From positions 39,742,001-39,806,000 of the forward strand of contig CM097888.1 of the NCBI GenBank assembly GCA_044892525.1: a DNA stretch of 64,000 nucleotides, in the 5' to 3' direction. A program made the position numbers and the translations under genes. Within the stretch, counting starts at the first letter, position 1. Each line of letters begins with the position of its first letter. Source of the DNA: Schmidtea polychroa (Eukaryota). The notes under the pieces were generated by a model. The model did not search any database. It was not told the origin of the DNA and saw nothing but the letters and a program-made list of their open reading frames with translations. Shown here one piece after another: positions 1-12,985 of the stretch.

Positions 1-2096
1 AGTCCACTTGATTATTAAAATATATTCAAAAACCTATTGCATAATAATTGACATTATTCGAACAACCGATTTAAATGGCGAATTAATATTAATAATGATA
101 ATTATGCGTGAATTTTCCTACGGACTTCTGTAATTTATATTAATAATCAAAAAATCTTTGTGAATTCTTTTATGAAATCTTTGATATCAGATCTGATTTC
201 ATAATCTTCTGGAGCTTTAATAAAGTTGGCAATCGTGGTCGCAATATTAGCTACCGTGAATTTTGTATTTATCACGTCCATAAAATAATAATCTTCCAAT
301 AATTTATTTCAAATAAAACACTGTTTTTTCAATATTATAACTACACACAATATATATATTTTTCAATTTCAGTGTCAAATATTGATATTTTCGATGAGAG
401 ATTTCATTCGTCATACATTTCATTCACATCAATATACTAAATTTATTATTTTAAATTTTACATATATATAAAGTATGATTACCGCAGCTATTGAACATGC
501 AATTGGGATTTTCGACCAAAAGAAGCGCTTGTACGCCGTTATATTTTCCAGCCATATTGGCACCATTATCATATCCTTGCCAAACACAGTTTTGAAAATT
601 CAAGTTTCAATCTTTTAATCTACACAATAAACGACTAGCAATTTCTTTACCAGTTTTTTCCGAAAAATCATCAAAAGATATAAAGCGTTCTTCAATTGAA
701 AAATCCAATTCGCTTAATTTAACATAACGAATAATCAAAGTAGTTTGCTCTTTATGAGATGTATCTGGAGTTGCATCCTCAATAATAGAAAAATACCTAG
801 CGTTATTAATTTCATCGATAATTTTTTTTGAACAAATGAGCCACAGGTCGATAAATTCATTTTGAATTTTTTTTGAAAGATAATGAACTTGCAATCTCTT
901 TTTTTCTTCTTGTGATGCGCGAACTTTGTAACATGTTCTGATAATATCGCATCATATTTACTTAGAAGTTCAACTAAGCCCAGAAAATTACCATTATTTG
1001 GATATCCAATGCGCTCATTAGATCCAAAAAAAGCTAGTCCTAGAAAAAATATTTTTGGATTTCAAATCAAGTAATTTTCATAAATGCTTGTATTTGAGCC
1101 TGGTTATTTTTATCTAGCATTCCAATATCGGAACACATTATTGTTTCAATATTCAGTATGTTTACTTCAATTTCACTTTCAGGTTGCACGCTATCATCAT
1201 GTAATTCCATTGCACAAACTACATCATCTTGCACAGTAATTACACTCTCAATGTTTTCAATGGTATTATCATCAAGTTCCTCTATTTCTCTAACTGTATT
1301 TGCTGTAGTTTGAACCGCGGAATCTTCATTATTAAATATTGCAGGCCTTTCTGCTTGATTTGATGAATCTGTATTGAAAAAATGTGAAAGGTTTTAAACT
1401 TTTAATAGCTGACTCCTGAAGTTTTTTCTTTTGCCTTTTGCAGGCACCGCTTTCATAGGTCCTCTTCATGTTTTAATTACCGCCCTAGTTTATTTATTTT
1501 TATTTATTATCAATAATCAAAGCCAAACAAAAAATAAATTACCCGTTTTCCTAATTTTATGTAGTTTAAAAAATCAAATTTAAACACTTTAACTTTAAAA
1601 CACTTAAACAACGTCAAAGACAAACTGCTAATAGACTTTTATATAAAAATTTGAACTCATGTAACAAATAAAAGTAAAAGTAACAAATAATAGCTGACTC
1701 CTGGAGTTTTTTCTTTTGCCTTTTGCTGGTACCGCTTTCATAGGTTATATTTTTAATATTTTTAATATAATTTTTAATATATTTTTAATATAAGATTTTG
1801 AAATCATATCGGCAGTTAGTTGTGCAAGTGCAATGAAAAAAATGAGAATCTCAGGAAAAGCGAAAATATAATAACACCAAAAATAAGGCCTCCTATTCTA
1901 TAGTTAAATTATATTTTATCTTAGAAAAAAAAATTATTGATGTGGTGTGATTAAATTCAATCATTGTTAAGAACGCTGAAAGCAACCAATTAGACGTAAA
2001 AGTGCGAAATACATTTTTTGATCGTATCAAATAGTGTTATTTGGGGCCCCTAAATTAAGAGGCCCATGCCAAAAGACCCCCCTCTTCCGGGGCCTG
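1..2096 (-). mobile_element. Decayed hAT DNA transposon (ZMYM1/DUF4371-like transposase); left end at 2096, right end outside the window
   Basis: Minus-strand peptides GNFLGLVELLSKYDAILSEH, YFSIIEDATPDTSHKEQTTLIIRYV and QGYDNGANMAGKYNGVQ, broken by stops and frameshifts. The terminus reads CAGGCCCCGG on the minus strand from 2096. Confidence 0.8.
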
Positions 2097-2149
2097 CTTA
2101 TCTTATAGATAAATATATGAAATTTCTACACATTTTATTTTACTAGTGC

Positions 2150-2330
2150 TGGATTCAACTTTTTTCATTAACATCTTTTGTCATCTTGGATCAATTTTCA
2201 AACCAAAATTATTAATATTATCATATTTATTTTGAGGTTTCACCTTTGATCTTCAGATTCAGTAATTTTCAGATTAATGTTTGAAAGACTTTAGATCAAA
2301 ACAATATTTTTACACAACCTTTATCAAGAT
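2150..2330 (-). mobile_element. Possible LINE (CR1/L2-like) reverse transcriptase fossil
   Basis: Degenerate minus-strand peptide SKVFQTLI*KLLNLKIKGE...DVNEKS resembles the RT segment LDFSKAFD..H..LL.KL..G...VN..S. Many stops. Confidence 0.3.
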
Positions 2331-2903
2331 ATTAATATTGGCAAGATTTTATTGTGATATAATTATTAAAAATAGAAAGCTATGAAATTATAATACTCAG
2401 GGAGACTCCCAAATAGCAAAAAAATACCAAATACCTTTAAAAACTTAAAATAATCTAATCAAGATTAAATGAAATCATTTATTCGGTGACCAACGAATCT
2501 TGTTTCTTGGATTTCCTTATATTTTGTACACTACATTCAAACAAAATCATAGACTTTATTATTCTGTAAATTAATAACTCAAATCCTTTTTAATCTTTCA
2601 TATTTTCCAGACTATTTTATTTTAACATGAATTTTTCTTGTTTACATTTTGTGTTTTTCGGACCCTTCTCGTCGTTTTCTGATACATTAGTTCTCATTTT
2701 ATTATTGGACATCATTCTACATCAAATATTTTCTATATTCAAATTCGAATATTTATTAATTAATCGATTCTCTGTTAATAAGTTGGGGTGGGCCGACTTT
2801 TGATTTGGAAATCGGAATTGACCGGATTCCTATTTTTGCCGATTAATCGGCATCCAGCACGGACAGGCCTACCAATTCAAATAGTGTATACTATCAAATA
2901 GAG

Positions 2904-3529
2904 CAGTGTTTCCCAACGTGGGGCCCACGCCCCACTTGGGGGAAATTTCGATTTCCAGGGGGGCATTTTCAATTTTAGAGAATATATGTTAATTTTAGGT
3001 TTGAGTTACGTTTTCTTTATTTTCTTCAGTAAAATTCGAGAATAGTCTACGAAATTTTAATATCCAATTCTTATTTAGTTTTATGTCTTTTTATTATAGA
3101 TCGAAAAAATATTCTTTTCATTATATTTTTAGTAAGAAAATTTTTGGGTTTTATCTAAGCAGAAGATCATCTTTTTCATTATCTTCTGTTTATAATTAAA
3201 GTTTAATTATAAACAGAAGATAATGAAAAAGATGATCTTCTGCTTAGATAAAACCCAAAAATTTTCTTACTAAAAATATAATGAAAAGAAAGAATAGATC
3301 TAAGGCTTAAACTTACCAACTTCGAACCTAATATTAAATCACTCTGCAGTAACCATCAGAGTCAATTGTCTCATTGAATAAAAAAATTAATCTTTATCTA
3401 TTAATTACGTATATCAATAAAAATAGTTGGAAATTTTTTAAAAACTGTAAAATGTTTTGCATAGGGGGGACAAAAGAAAAAAAAATTCAGCTAGGGGGGA
3501 CATGAGCTAAAAAATGTTGGGAAACACTG
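2904..3529. mobile_element. Buster/Charlie-type hAT MITE nested in the 2783-4436 element
   Basis: Perfect 14-bp TIR CAGTGTTTCCCAAC. Perfect TSD AAATAGAG at 2896-2903 and 3530-3537 (nnnTAnnn target pattern). Confidence 0.95.
3112..3290. repeat. Perfect palindrome: 89-bp arms, 1-nt spacer
   Basis: 3112-3200 is the exact reverse complement of 3202-3290, checked base by base. The centre is G3201. Confidence 0.97.
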
Positions 3530-4999
3530 AAATAGAGGCTTGTAATAAATATTGTTCCAGAGCAACATGCCTTACTATACATGAAGCAAAGATCGAATTA
3601 CTAAGAGCTTTTAATAAAAAAGGCTTTTAAGGCAGATTATTCAAAGTTAAAATATAAATCCACCAGTGAGCTAGCGCCAACCATAATTTTATTAAACTTC
3701 AGGCCAATTACTGTCTTCGCTGATCAATCTAGATAAAAAAATATAAATCTACCAATCAATGGGGCTTACAACCTAGCAGCCTTGCACCAGCAATTTGTAT
3801 TATACTGTTAGGGATATTTAAATAATTAATTTATAAATAAAATATATTTTGTATTATAAGAATCAAATACTATTATATAGTAAAAGTATAATAAGTATAA
3901 ATGCTGGCACGCATAATTAGCATTATTATTAAATTAATTAATAGCGAGCGAACGTTTATCACAGCAGGAAACATCTGTGATGACCTACGTTCAAGACTGA
4001 CTACCAAGAAAACGGTGATGCTTTTATTTCTTCAAAAGAATCTTGGAGTCATAAATTTCGATTATTAACTTTTCTAAATTTGGCTAGCATTCTATTTTTT
4101 TAACTCTATGTTATGCACTGTTCAATATTATAGTATATTATATTTACCACGTAAACAAATATACTATACACATTTTTATTAGTTAGTAATTAAAAATTTT
4201 ATAATTAATAAATGTTGTTAATTGTATTTATTAAAATTGTTTTATATAAAAAACGAATGGATAATGTGCACACTGTAAGGAAAATAATAGATGATTTCAT
4301 TGTTGATTTCCGCGATCGTCCCACGGTAGACCTAGATAAAAAAATCAGTTTTAGTTAAATCATTGAAAATTGCCGAAATTCCGATTGATCGGATCGGTAT
4401 CGGAATCGGTAAAAAATCAAAATCAGCCCACCCCTATTAATAAGTGTTGGGTGCTTTGTTATTAATATTCATAGTAAATATTTGTGTCATAGTTAGATCG
4501 GTTTTGTCTGGGCTCACAAGTCATAACACATAACGAAGCGCACATTTAGGAGTCGAGTTTTGAGTTGGTTTTTGAGTAAGCCTTTGGACACTACGCATAG
4601 TATTCTTATAAACATTTTCCTTGTTAATTATGCATGACTTTTTGTGCTTTGTTTCTATCCGACATAGGGCGAGTTAGCTATGCATCATCTCTCTTACCTT
4701 GTTATTTTTTTGTAAATGTTCTTGACGATAATCCAATATAATTCGATAATTCCAATATGGTTTATCTTGGATCTGACTGTTCAGTTTAGTAGAGCTTTCT
4801 GGTTGATGATTGACGCAACGGTAAAAATTCGACATTCATACAAAAGATGTTTTTTCCTTAAACTTTAAAGACTTTCTTCTACTTCTAAACTTGAAGTTGA
4901 ATTACATTAAACATAAAATGAAAATTGTATTCTTTAATTAAAGCCCCATAATTTCTGTCCTATGAATTATTTTGTTATCAATTATTGAAGTAACATTAT

Positions 5000-7470
5000 C
5001 AGTGCCGGATTAAATATTTATGAGGCCCTTTTTATCTCAAAAATTAAACCTCTGAAAACTACATTTATAAAGAGTCTTTCCTATAGGTATTTAGTCAAAT
5101 TTGAAATCAATAGAATAATCTAAATAAATGTATAATGAACAAAGAAATGAGGAAAATATTTTTTTAGACTGATTGATCAATGTCATTGATAAAATAAATT
5201 AACTAAAAGATGAATTATTTATTAAATTCAATCGCTTCAAATTCAATGGGCAAATATGTTTCCACACGGAATGTTTCTCTAATTTCTATATGTTCTTCAG
5301 CTGGGGCCATCATCTTCAAATTTTTACGTATTTTCTTACGTTTACCTTCGCTTCTGTATCTGGTTTGTGGAGCTTTAATTTTGGGTCGTGTTTCAAATTT
5401 TTCAAAATTTTCTCTTTGCAAACAAATATGCTCTTGCAATGTTTTTAATAACTGCACTGCTGTATCAAGTTACAAATTTGATTTTTGAAGATATAAATTG
5501 GTTTTATTAATGTTCTGAATAAAATCGTTCCACATTTCAATTAGAAACACCGTTTCAAAAAATGACAAATGTCCCAAAAGATCATTTGCTTCTCGTCGTG
5601 TTTCTAGTTTTTGATCATTATATTGTTGTATCCATCTGACAATGCTTTAATTGCATCTGCTCTAGCTGACCATCTGTTTTGGGAGAGATTTTAAAAGTAA
5701 ATTTTTGGATTCCAAACAACGTTTCATGCCTGACCATCTATATCAGTGTTTCCCAACCTTTTTAGTGCCATGACCCACCGAAGCTCATAAAAACTTGTTA
5801 CATATGAATAAATATGAATAATTTTTAATATTACAAATTTTTCATAAGTAGTATGCATGATGTACTGCAGGAAGAAATCACAAAAAGTGATTTATTAAAC
5901 AAAAAGATTCAAGTAAACAAAATATAGTAAACAATAGTTGCTCTATTTCCTCCATAGTCTCATAGTTGCTCTTTTCTTATAATTTTTCTTTAAAATTTGA
6001 AAATAATTCAAATTTGAATTAATTTGATCTTTATGTTTTACCTTCAAATGTGCTTCAAGACGACCTGGTTTCATTGATTCATTGCTCAAGCATTGTTGGC
6101 ATAATAGTCAAAAAGGTAACCGTGCATCAAGAGCAAGTATGAAACCAAATTTTAAATACTTCCGAGTACTGCCGAATTTTTTTCTTGCTTGCACTTCTCA
6201 TGGGCTAAAAAATGAATTTTAAAATCAATTAGTAAATTAAAAATATATATTTCTTTATTTTTCTATGAGGCATCTAAATTCTAAAGAATTAATTAAACTT
6301 ATCAATTATATTTAAATATCACTTATTTTAAAACAATGATTAATTCGCACAACTGCTTTTATTTCAATTAAGCACATCACTGCTTTTATAAGCACAGCAC
6401 CACTTTAATTTCAAATTAACGGTAACGCACATTGACAGAACGATACAAGCAACGGATAAATATGCAAATTCTAGTTTTGTGAATGCATTCCAGCGAAAAA
6501 TTTTGGAGGATGAGCGGTAAAAATTTATTTGCACTTCATAATGGACGTTTCCTGTAGATTCGACTATGTGGTTAAATTTAGACTGAAAAAGTCCTTTTTT
6601 CCATTGCCCTCTGAAAATTTCCTACGCACCACGTTGGGAAACACTGTTCTAGATGTAGATGCAATAAAGAAATGTGATAATTTCTGCACAAAGCTCAAAA
6701 AATTAACAGTGTCAATGCAACATTCAACAGTTGGAGTTCCAACTAAATTTAGGGAATGAGCAGCACATGGTATGAAGTGATTGTTTTGTTTTCCCTAATT
6801 TTAGCTTGCATTCCATTGTATCTCCCCGACATATTTGCTGCGTTGGCGACAATTTGATATATCTACACCAATTTCGTTCAAAAAACCTAACAAGTTATTT
6901 GTTTGTGCTTCTCCAGGATGTCTTTCCAAAGCCAGAAACTTCAAAAATCTCTCCTTAGCTTGATGGGATAATTTTTTAACGTAGCGTACAATAACAGTCA
7001 GTTGATCGACGTGACTAAGTTCTGGAGTAGAATAATATTTTAGCTCCTTAATTTCTTTTGCAATAAATTTTTAAAAATTTATCACCCATAAGCTTGATAT
7101 ATTCTTCGCATATTGTGGATGACAAGTATGATGCTCTGCCTTTATCCTGATTGCCGTATTTATCAATGTGGTTACTTAATAACTTAATTGCCGAAGGACT
7201 CCTAAATAATTACAATTTTGGGAAGAATTTAACAATGCATCATTTCCACGAAACATCAGTGCTCGTTCTGCTAATAACAAATAATGTGTTTTGATTTTCG
7301 ACTTCAGACACTTGAGTAACTTGAGGATGGATTAAATGAATTTCACCACTATTGTCTTCTTCATGAATTTTTCCAGAGTTAAATAGCATTTCAGCTTCTT
7401 CGGAAGCTGCGTTTAACTTTTGAGAATCTGAACAAAGCATGTCAGTTTCTATGATTTTCATATCCTATTA
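5000..7470 (-). mobile_element. Decayed ZMYM1-like hAT transposon interrupted by a nested Buster element
   Basis: Right-end TIR CAGTGCCGGATTAA at 5000. Minus-strand peptides TPELSHVDQLTVIVRYV, FIPCAAHSLNLVG, SLSQNRWSARADA and ETFRVETYLPI. The transposase resumes across the 5744-6646 insertion. Confidence 0.8.
5744..6646 (-). mobile_element. Buster/Charlie hAT deletion derivative retaining a BED-finger fragment
   Basis: TIRs CAGTGTTTCCCAAC at both ends. Decayed TSD ATCTATAT/TTCTAGAT (6/8). Minus-strand KKIRQYSE..KFGFI...PF*LLCQQCLSNESMKPGRLEAHLKVKH (ZBED5/SCAND3-like). Confidence 0.88.
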
Positions 7471-7941
7471 CGACTGATAGTTAACAGTAGTGATTGTAAA
7501 TCCCAATTTAAACAAATTCATTTGATTTTTTTAATTTTTAATTTCGCTATATAGTTTTTTAAAATATCCTTTCTCCAACGCTACAGGGACGACAATGACC
7601 AAAAAGAAAACAAAGCTTGATTGAAATATTGTTGAAAACAACAACGACGATTAAAATACAACAATCTATTACATCCAGTATTCATTCTTAGAATAGAAAA
7701 TTTGAGGACTTAATTCAAAAAATTTATTTGTCGTCTTAGGTTTTTATCTCCTTATATGTTAACAATTTGTTGGTTTTATCTTTTACTTATAAATTTTCAA
7801 ATTGATTTGCCTTTTTACGCCTTCGCAATGCGTCCAAAATGTGGCCAAGTTCATATGGAAGAGGATGATAAACATTAATTTTTGATTCCCATTTTGTAGC
7901 ACACAATGACTTAAGTGTAATTTTGATATACTTAATTAATA

Positions 7942-8039
7942 CAGGTAACCGTTACAAAGCGATTCATAAAATGCGGAAATTTTCCTACAACGCGGCATTT
8001 TTTAGGAACCTATCTACCGCGTTGTAGGAGGATAACCTG
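7942..8039. mobile_element. Short TA-flanked Tc1/pogo-type MITE
   Basis: Ends are TA|CAGGTAACC and GGATAACCTG|TA. Internal inverted pair CCTACAACGCGG/CCGCGTTGTAGG. Confidence 0.55.
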
Positions 8040-8815
8040 TATATCCCAACACGTCGTTAAAGAAATTATATAATTCTTGAACCATACAGAAGAAAGAAAT
8101 TGTTTCAACACTTATTTTAGCAGCATCAGTGACGGTTAAATTTAATGTATATGCTGCACATATTGAATGAAAATTGCTCGAGAGTTTAAATTTAAAATAT
8201 GCTTTTGAACACCGTTATTTTTTCCTTTCCTTTTTGTTATTTCCTCCATTATCATATCCTTGCCTTCGGATATTTTTAATATTCAAATCAAGTTCGTTTA
8301 ATTTTTCCACAATAGTTGTTGATAAACATATTCCTGTAGAATCACCTACTGTTAGAAATCCCAGAAAATGTTCCTCTAAAGAAATTATACTTTTCTCATC
8401 CTTATGAACAAATCTAATTATAATTGTCAGCGGTTCAGTATGCCTCACATCAGGAGTGCAGTCTAATTAAATTAAATAATATTTTGCATTTTTTATCATT
8501 TCCACAATGCAGTTTACTATTTTATTTGAATTTAGACATATTATTTCATTTTGAATGTTTTTTCCTAAATAATGGACCATATCTGTTTCATTATTTGAAA
8601 TTCTTCGTAAATGATTCATTAAAACAACATCAAATTTTCCACGTTTTAAGAAATTACCATTATTTTTCTCATTAATGATATCTGAAGAGGCACGCAAGGC
8701 TAAACATTGTCCAGCAAGATATTTTATCATTTCAATTATTCTTTTTAAAACTGCTCGCCAATGCCGTTTTTCAACGTCGTACTTTTTTTCGAGTATACTG
8801 TCAAGTGTTGTTGTA

Positions 8816-9336
8816 CTGTATGTGATATTATTTTATGGGACATTAATTTTAATTATGTTTATTATTTGTTATTTATTATTTATGATTAAAATTTATGGTC
8901 AAAAATTTAATATCACATACAGTACATGTTTTTTTTAAACTTAGACAATGTTTATTAAATAAATATTAATAAATCAACCTTGAACACCCTTGTATTTTTC
9001 TTACGATCCCGATTTATATATTGTCAGACTCTGATAGGTCAAAAATATTTCTATCGGAATTTAGGTTTTTGTTGATGTTTATTTGGAAATTTGTATTTTG
9101 GTTGGAGTTTATTTTTTTAGTCTTGTTGTATCTAATCTTGGTTCTCGAGTTTCTTAATTTTTGAATTTCTTTTATTTCTTACATCTTGCTATGGTTTTAT
9201 TTATATATATGATTTTTTTTTTATTTATATATGATTTATCATTGATTTGTTTTTAAAATTTTTGACAATAAATTTTAATCATAAATAATAAATAAACAAT
9301 TAAAATTAATGTCCCATAAAATAATATCACATTCAG
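8816..9336. mobile_element. TA-flanked MITE with about 90-bp imperfect TIRs
   Basis: Both ends begin CTG(T/A)ATGTGATATTATTTTATGGGACATTAATTTTAATT. TA at 8814-8815 and 9337-9338. Removing it rejoins the hAT transposase sequence. Confidence 0.8.
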
Positions 9337-9556
9337 TACAGTTGTATATTCATTTAATCTTTTTAAAGTTCCATCCACTGTACAAAACAGTTTAAATGCG
9401 ATGTAGTTACTTCATGTGAGTAGAAAACGTGTTTGTCAAATTTTGCCAATTAGAGTATCCATCGCAAAAACAAAACACACAATTTCCAGAAATCGAATAG
9501 ACAAGCCAATTTTCCCAAGGTACAATATCACTATTTGATAATTTTCGATGATAATA

Positions 9557-9772
9557 CCGTATTTTAGCGCATATAACGCGCGCGTTATACGCATTTTTAC
9601 AAACCGTGCACCCCCCATGCGCGGTATCTGTGGGTGCGCGCTTTATGATTTATATTTTACACGTGGCGGCTTTGCCAGTGGAAATATTTTTATGATGTGA
9701 CAGTAACCCTACCATCGGTTTTATTGTTTATTGTAATCAGATACCGCGCGCGTTATATGCGCTAAAATACGG
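9557..9772. mobile_element. 216-bp pogo/Tc1-type MITE, copy 1
   Basis: 28-bp perfect TIR CCGTATTTTAGCGCATATAACGCGCGCG with TA TSD. It splits the transposase peptide FSNK|YYHRK. Confidence 0.95.
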
Positions 9773-10712
9773 TACTTATTGCTAAAACTACGACAACGGT
9801 TAGCACGAAGAAAATCATTTTGTTGAATTTTTTGGGGTCCTTGTTCAACAATAATTTTACGAAATTTACTATTCATCAATTTAGGCCAAGTTACAGGATC
9901 ATTCGATTTAAAATTGGTTACTTCAATTGTAGTAGTTGAAGTTGAAGGCTGGATATGTTGGTCCAAATCAGCAACTGGCAGTATTGAACTTGACAGATGT
10001 TGTTCATCATTTTCTTTCTTACCAGAAGTACATACTTCATTTTCTTTATCAAGTTGCGTTTCCCCAACATTTTAAAAAAATTATTTAACTGACCTCGTAA
10101 CTTTTGTGTTTGTAGTTTTTTCGCTGCTTTTCTTTTTCTATTTTCTGCTGCTGACATTTTTTTTGAGTTCATGATTTTTTGGAATGTAAATTAGACCATA
10201 AATAATCGACATACCTCCTATGCGAGATGAAAAATTTTTACTTAATAAGTTAAAAAATTACAAATGCACCTAAATAATAATTAATATCACTTAATGATTT
10301 GCACTAAACTGTGAAATAACAATTATAAATTACGCGTTTTATGCTATCAGCAGATTGCAATGCGACTGAGAACTACCAAAATTTTATATCAGATTTGTTT
10401 GTCAAATTTCACGAAATAAATAGGGAAATTCCCTTATAATTAATAACTTGTGCAATAGTAATTAAAAAAGCAATTTTTCTCATTATATTTACTACAAGTA
10501 AAACAAAAATAATACAAAATTAAAAATACCTGAAATATAGATCACAAAAAATATTTGAATTTGCATATAGAGTCTTCAAATATTTTTATAATAAATTAAA
10601 CACAAATTTTTTTTTACACAAATATAAAAAACATTAGGTTGAGCCGGGCCTGACTAGAATAACATTTATGTATTTTATTAGAGAATGTATATATTGTATA
10701 TGTATAATTTAT

Positions 10713-10716
<4 letters not shown>

Positions 10717-10772
<56 letters not shown>
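10717..10772. repeat. (TA)28 microsatellite
   Basis: Pure TA run. Confidence 0.95.
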
Positions 10773-10776
<4 letters not shown>

Positions 10777-11497
10777 CACCTAATTCTGTTTTTACACAAT
10801 AGATACGTTCCTAAAAAATTAGTGTAAAAAGATATATTGGCTAAATGGAAAAATAGTAGATTGGTTTCATACCTAAAAAAACAACAAAAGTACAATAAAC
10901 AAACAAAAGTATAATAATAAATATAAAAAGTCCTTGTTAGAGTTCACAAAAGAATTTTATTTTTTGTATTTATACGAGCATCTTATTTCACTTATAACTT
11001 ATCAAACATTCACAACTAAACGTCTTTTCTTTTCAATTCTCAAAACCAAACTAAATTGCATACAAAGTGCATTACGTTTTTACTTTATGTATATTTCGGG
11101 GAATCCCACTCAAAGAGAAAACATACCTATACAATCGACATGATCTAACTGAATTCGGGAAAATATAATGCGAAGTTATAATGTATGTATAGCATACATT
11201 GTATACATAATTTGTGAAAAATGAAAATATAAAAAATTAATAGAACACCAAAAAAAATTTCATAGATTATTGAAAATCGTGTTAAAACATAGCAATTCGT
11301 GTAAAAACAGAATTATGTGTATATTTATTTATTTATTAAAAAGCTTGAAGACTATGAATCAGTAAATATATCGATGTTTTTGATATTCACAAATTTTCAT
11401 CACTTCCCTTTTGAAGTGAAATATTAAGTTTATCTGATCCAAATTATGAATTTATAAACTTCTGATTTTAGCGTCCATTTAAAGTACATCATTTTAG

Positions 11498-11993
11498 ATC
11501 CAAAAATGACCAATTAAAATCGTTAAATAGTGTAATGTCCAGCGAAAAGTCTAATGAACTTGTTAATAAATAATTTAATGTATAAAAATAACAAAATATT
11601 TTCCCTTTATTGATTGAAATCAATTCGACATATAGATTAACTGCAATAAATATCGATGATAAAGTGAAAATTCCCGTGGATGAGCATTTCGATCAAATTA
11701 GAAATCAACAGCAACAATTATTGAAATCTCAAGATAATCAGCTCGACCAGCTGGGAAGCAGTGTTTCTGTGTTGAAAAATATCTCCCTGAAAATGAATGA
11801 TGAGTTGGATTCTCAGGCATTGTTATTGGATGATGTCAATCAGGAAATGGACAAAACGGAGTCGAGAATGGATGCAAGCATGAAAAAAATGGCCCGCTTG
11901 TTACATTTGACATCAGATCGTCGGCAGTGGTGTGCAATTATCGGTCTCCTGATTTTTATTGTCGTTCTAATCGTTCTTCTTACAGCTTTGTAA
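11498..11993 (+). CDS. STX6: Syntaxin-6, 3' exons (Qc-SNARE motif plus TM anchor)
   Basis: Last exon 11636-11993 encodes QQQQLLKSQDNQLDQLGSSVSVLKNISLKMNDELDSQALLLDD...HLTSDRRQWCAIIGLL. TSDRRQWCAI is characteristic of STX6. A candidate preceding exon at 11498-11548 is phase-compatible. N-terminal exons were not found. Confidence 0.85.
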
Positions 11994-12985
11994 ACTTCTA
12001 TAATAAAATCGTGATATTTTCTCTTTTTTGATTACAATAATCATTTTTGTGAATTAATTATCATATTTGTATTTGCATTCGTTTTACAGAAATTGGTTAA
12101 ATTGCTGGAATGTGTGTATTTATTGTGCATCGAATGTTGTTAGGTAATCAATTTGTTGCAATTCGCCATGACTATCAAATTCGATTCTATTATTTTAATG
12201 TATGAAATGCCAAACAATGAAGCTGAAAAAATGACAAAAAATAAATTATAATTTATCTTAATATTTTACTTACAATTTGTCAGTAACAAATCAAGCTAAT
12301 GAATAAATGTGTGAATTCTGGAAAAATGTATGAATGGCTTGATTTGCTGTAATTATTTCCCCAAGATTTTCAAATATCATAATAATGTTAATGTAGCATT
12401 GTCGATGTTAGTATATGTGTCTGCGTCGATTCATTATAACAAATTCCAATTCTTTTAATTTCGATTATTTTTAAACTGTATTTACTTCACTTTGTATCTA
12501 TATTTGTATGAGTGATGAAATCATACCCATTCCCATGATAGGATGGAGCTGAAATTTCGCAGATAGATTCATCTTTGAGAACATTTCATTCTTCCAAAAT
12601 TTCAGATCGATCGAAGATACTATAATTAACTTTGAAAATTTTCAATTTTATTAATATTTCCAAAATATTAGTAAAATGTTCCTTTCAAAGTATTTTCTGG
12701 GTAATATTAAATTTTTCATATCATTGAGCAAGCATATTGAAATTTTAATTTTGAGTGAATATTAAAGAGTTAGTTTTTTATTTAATTTCTATAATTTTTA
12801 AAGGCGATTTTTGTATCATTAATATCTATTTTATTTTTATATTTAATTATTAATTTCGACGCCATATTTAATTTCGCTATATTCTAGAATTTTTATTTAT
12901 TTTAATCATTTTTTCATAGATTCCATTTTTTAAAATTTTAAAATTATTTTTTCTCTATTAACTTTACTGATGTTTGTATGTGCCA

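Larger units (their letters stand above)
2783..4436 (+). mobile_element. Internally deleted Ac/ZBED1-type hAT element with TAGGG-type TIRs
   Basis: TIRs TTGGGGTGGGCCGA and TAGGGGTGGGCTGA (12/14). Perfect 8-bp TSD TTAATAAG at 2775-2782 and 4437-4444. ATCGG/CCGAT subterminal repeats. Dimerisation-domain peptide SERTFITAGNICDDLRSRLTTKKTVMLLFLQKNL at about 3940-4050. Confidence 0.9.
8060..10652 (-). mobile_element. Decayed ZMYM1-like hAT transposon carrying two nested TA MITEs
   Basis: Left TIR CAGGCCCGGCTC on the minus strand from 10652. TTF-type zinc-finger fragment (SNDPVTWP...RSFSNKYYHRKL...WLVYSISGNCVFCFC). Core peptides LALRASSD..NGNFL, IQNEII, LDCTPDVRHTEPL and RRQGYDNG. Confidence 0.85.
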
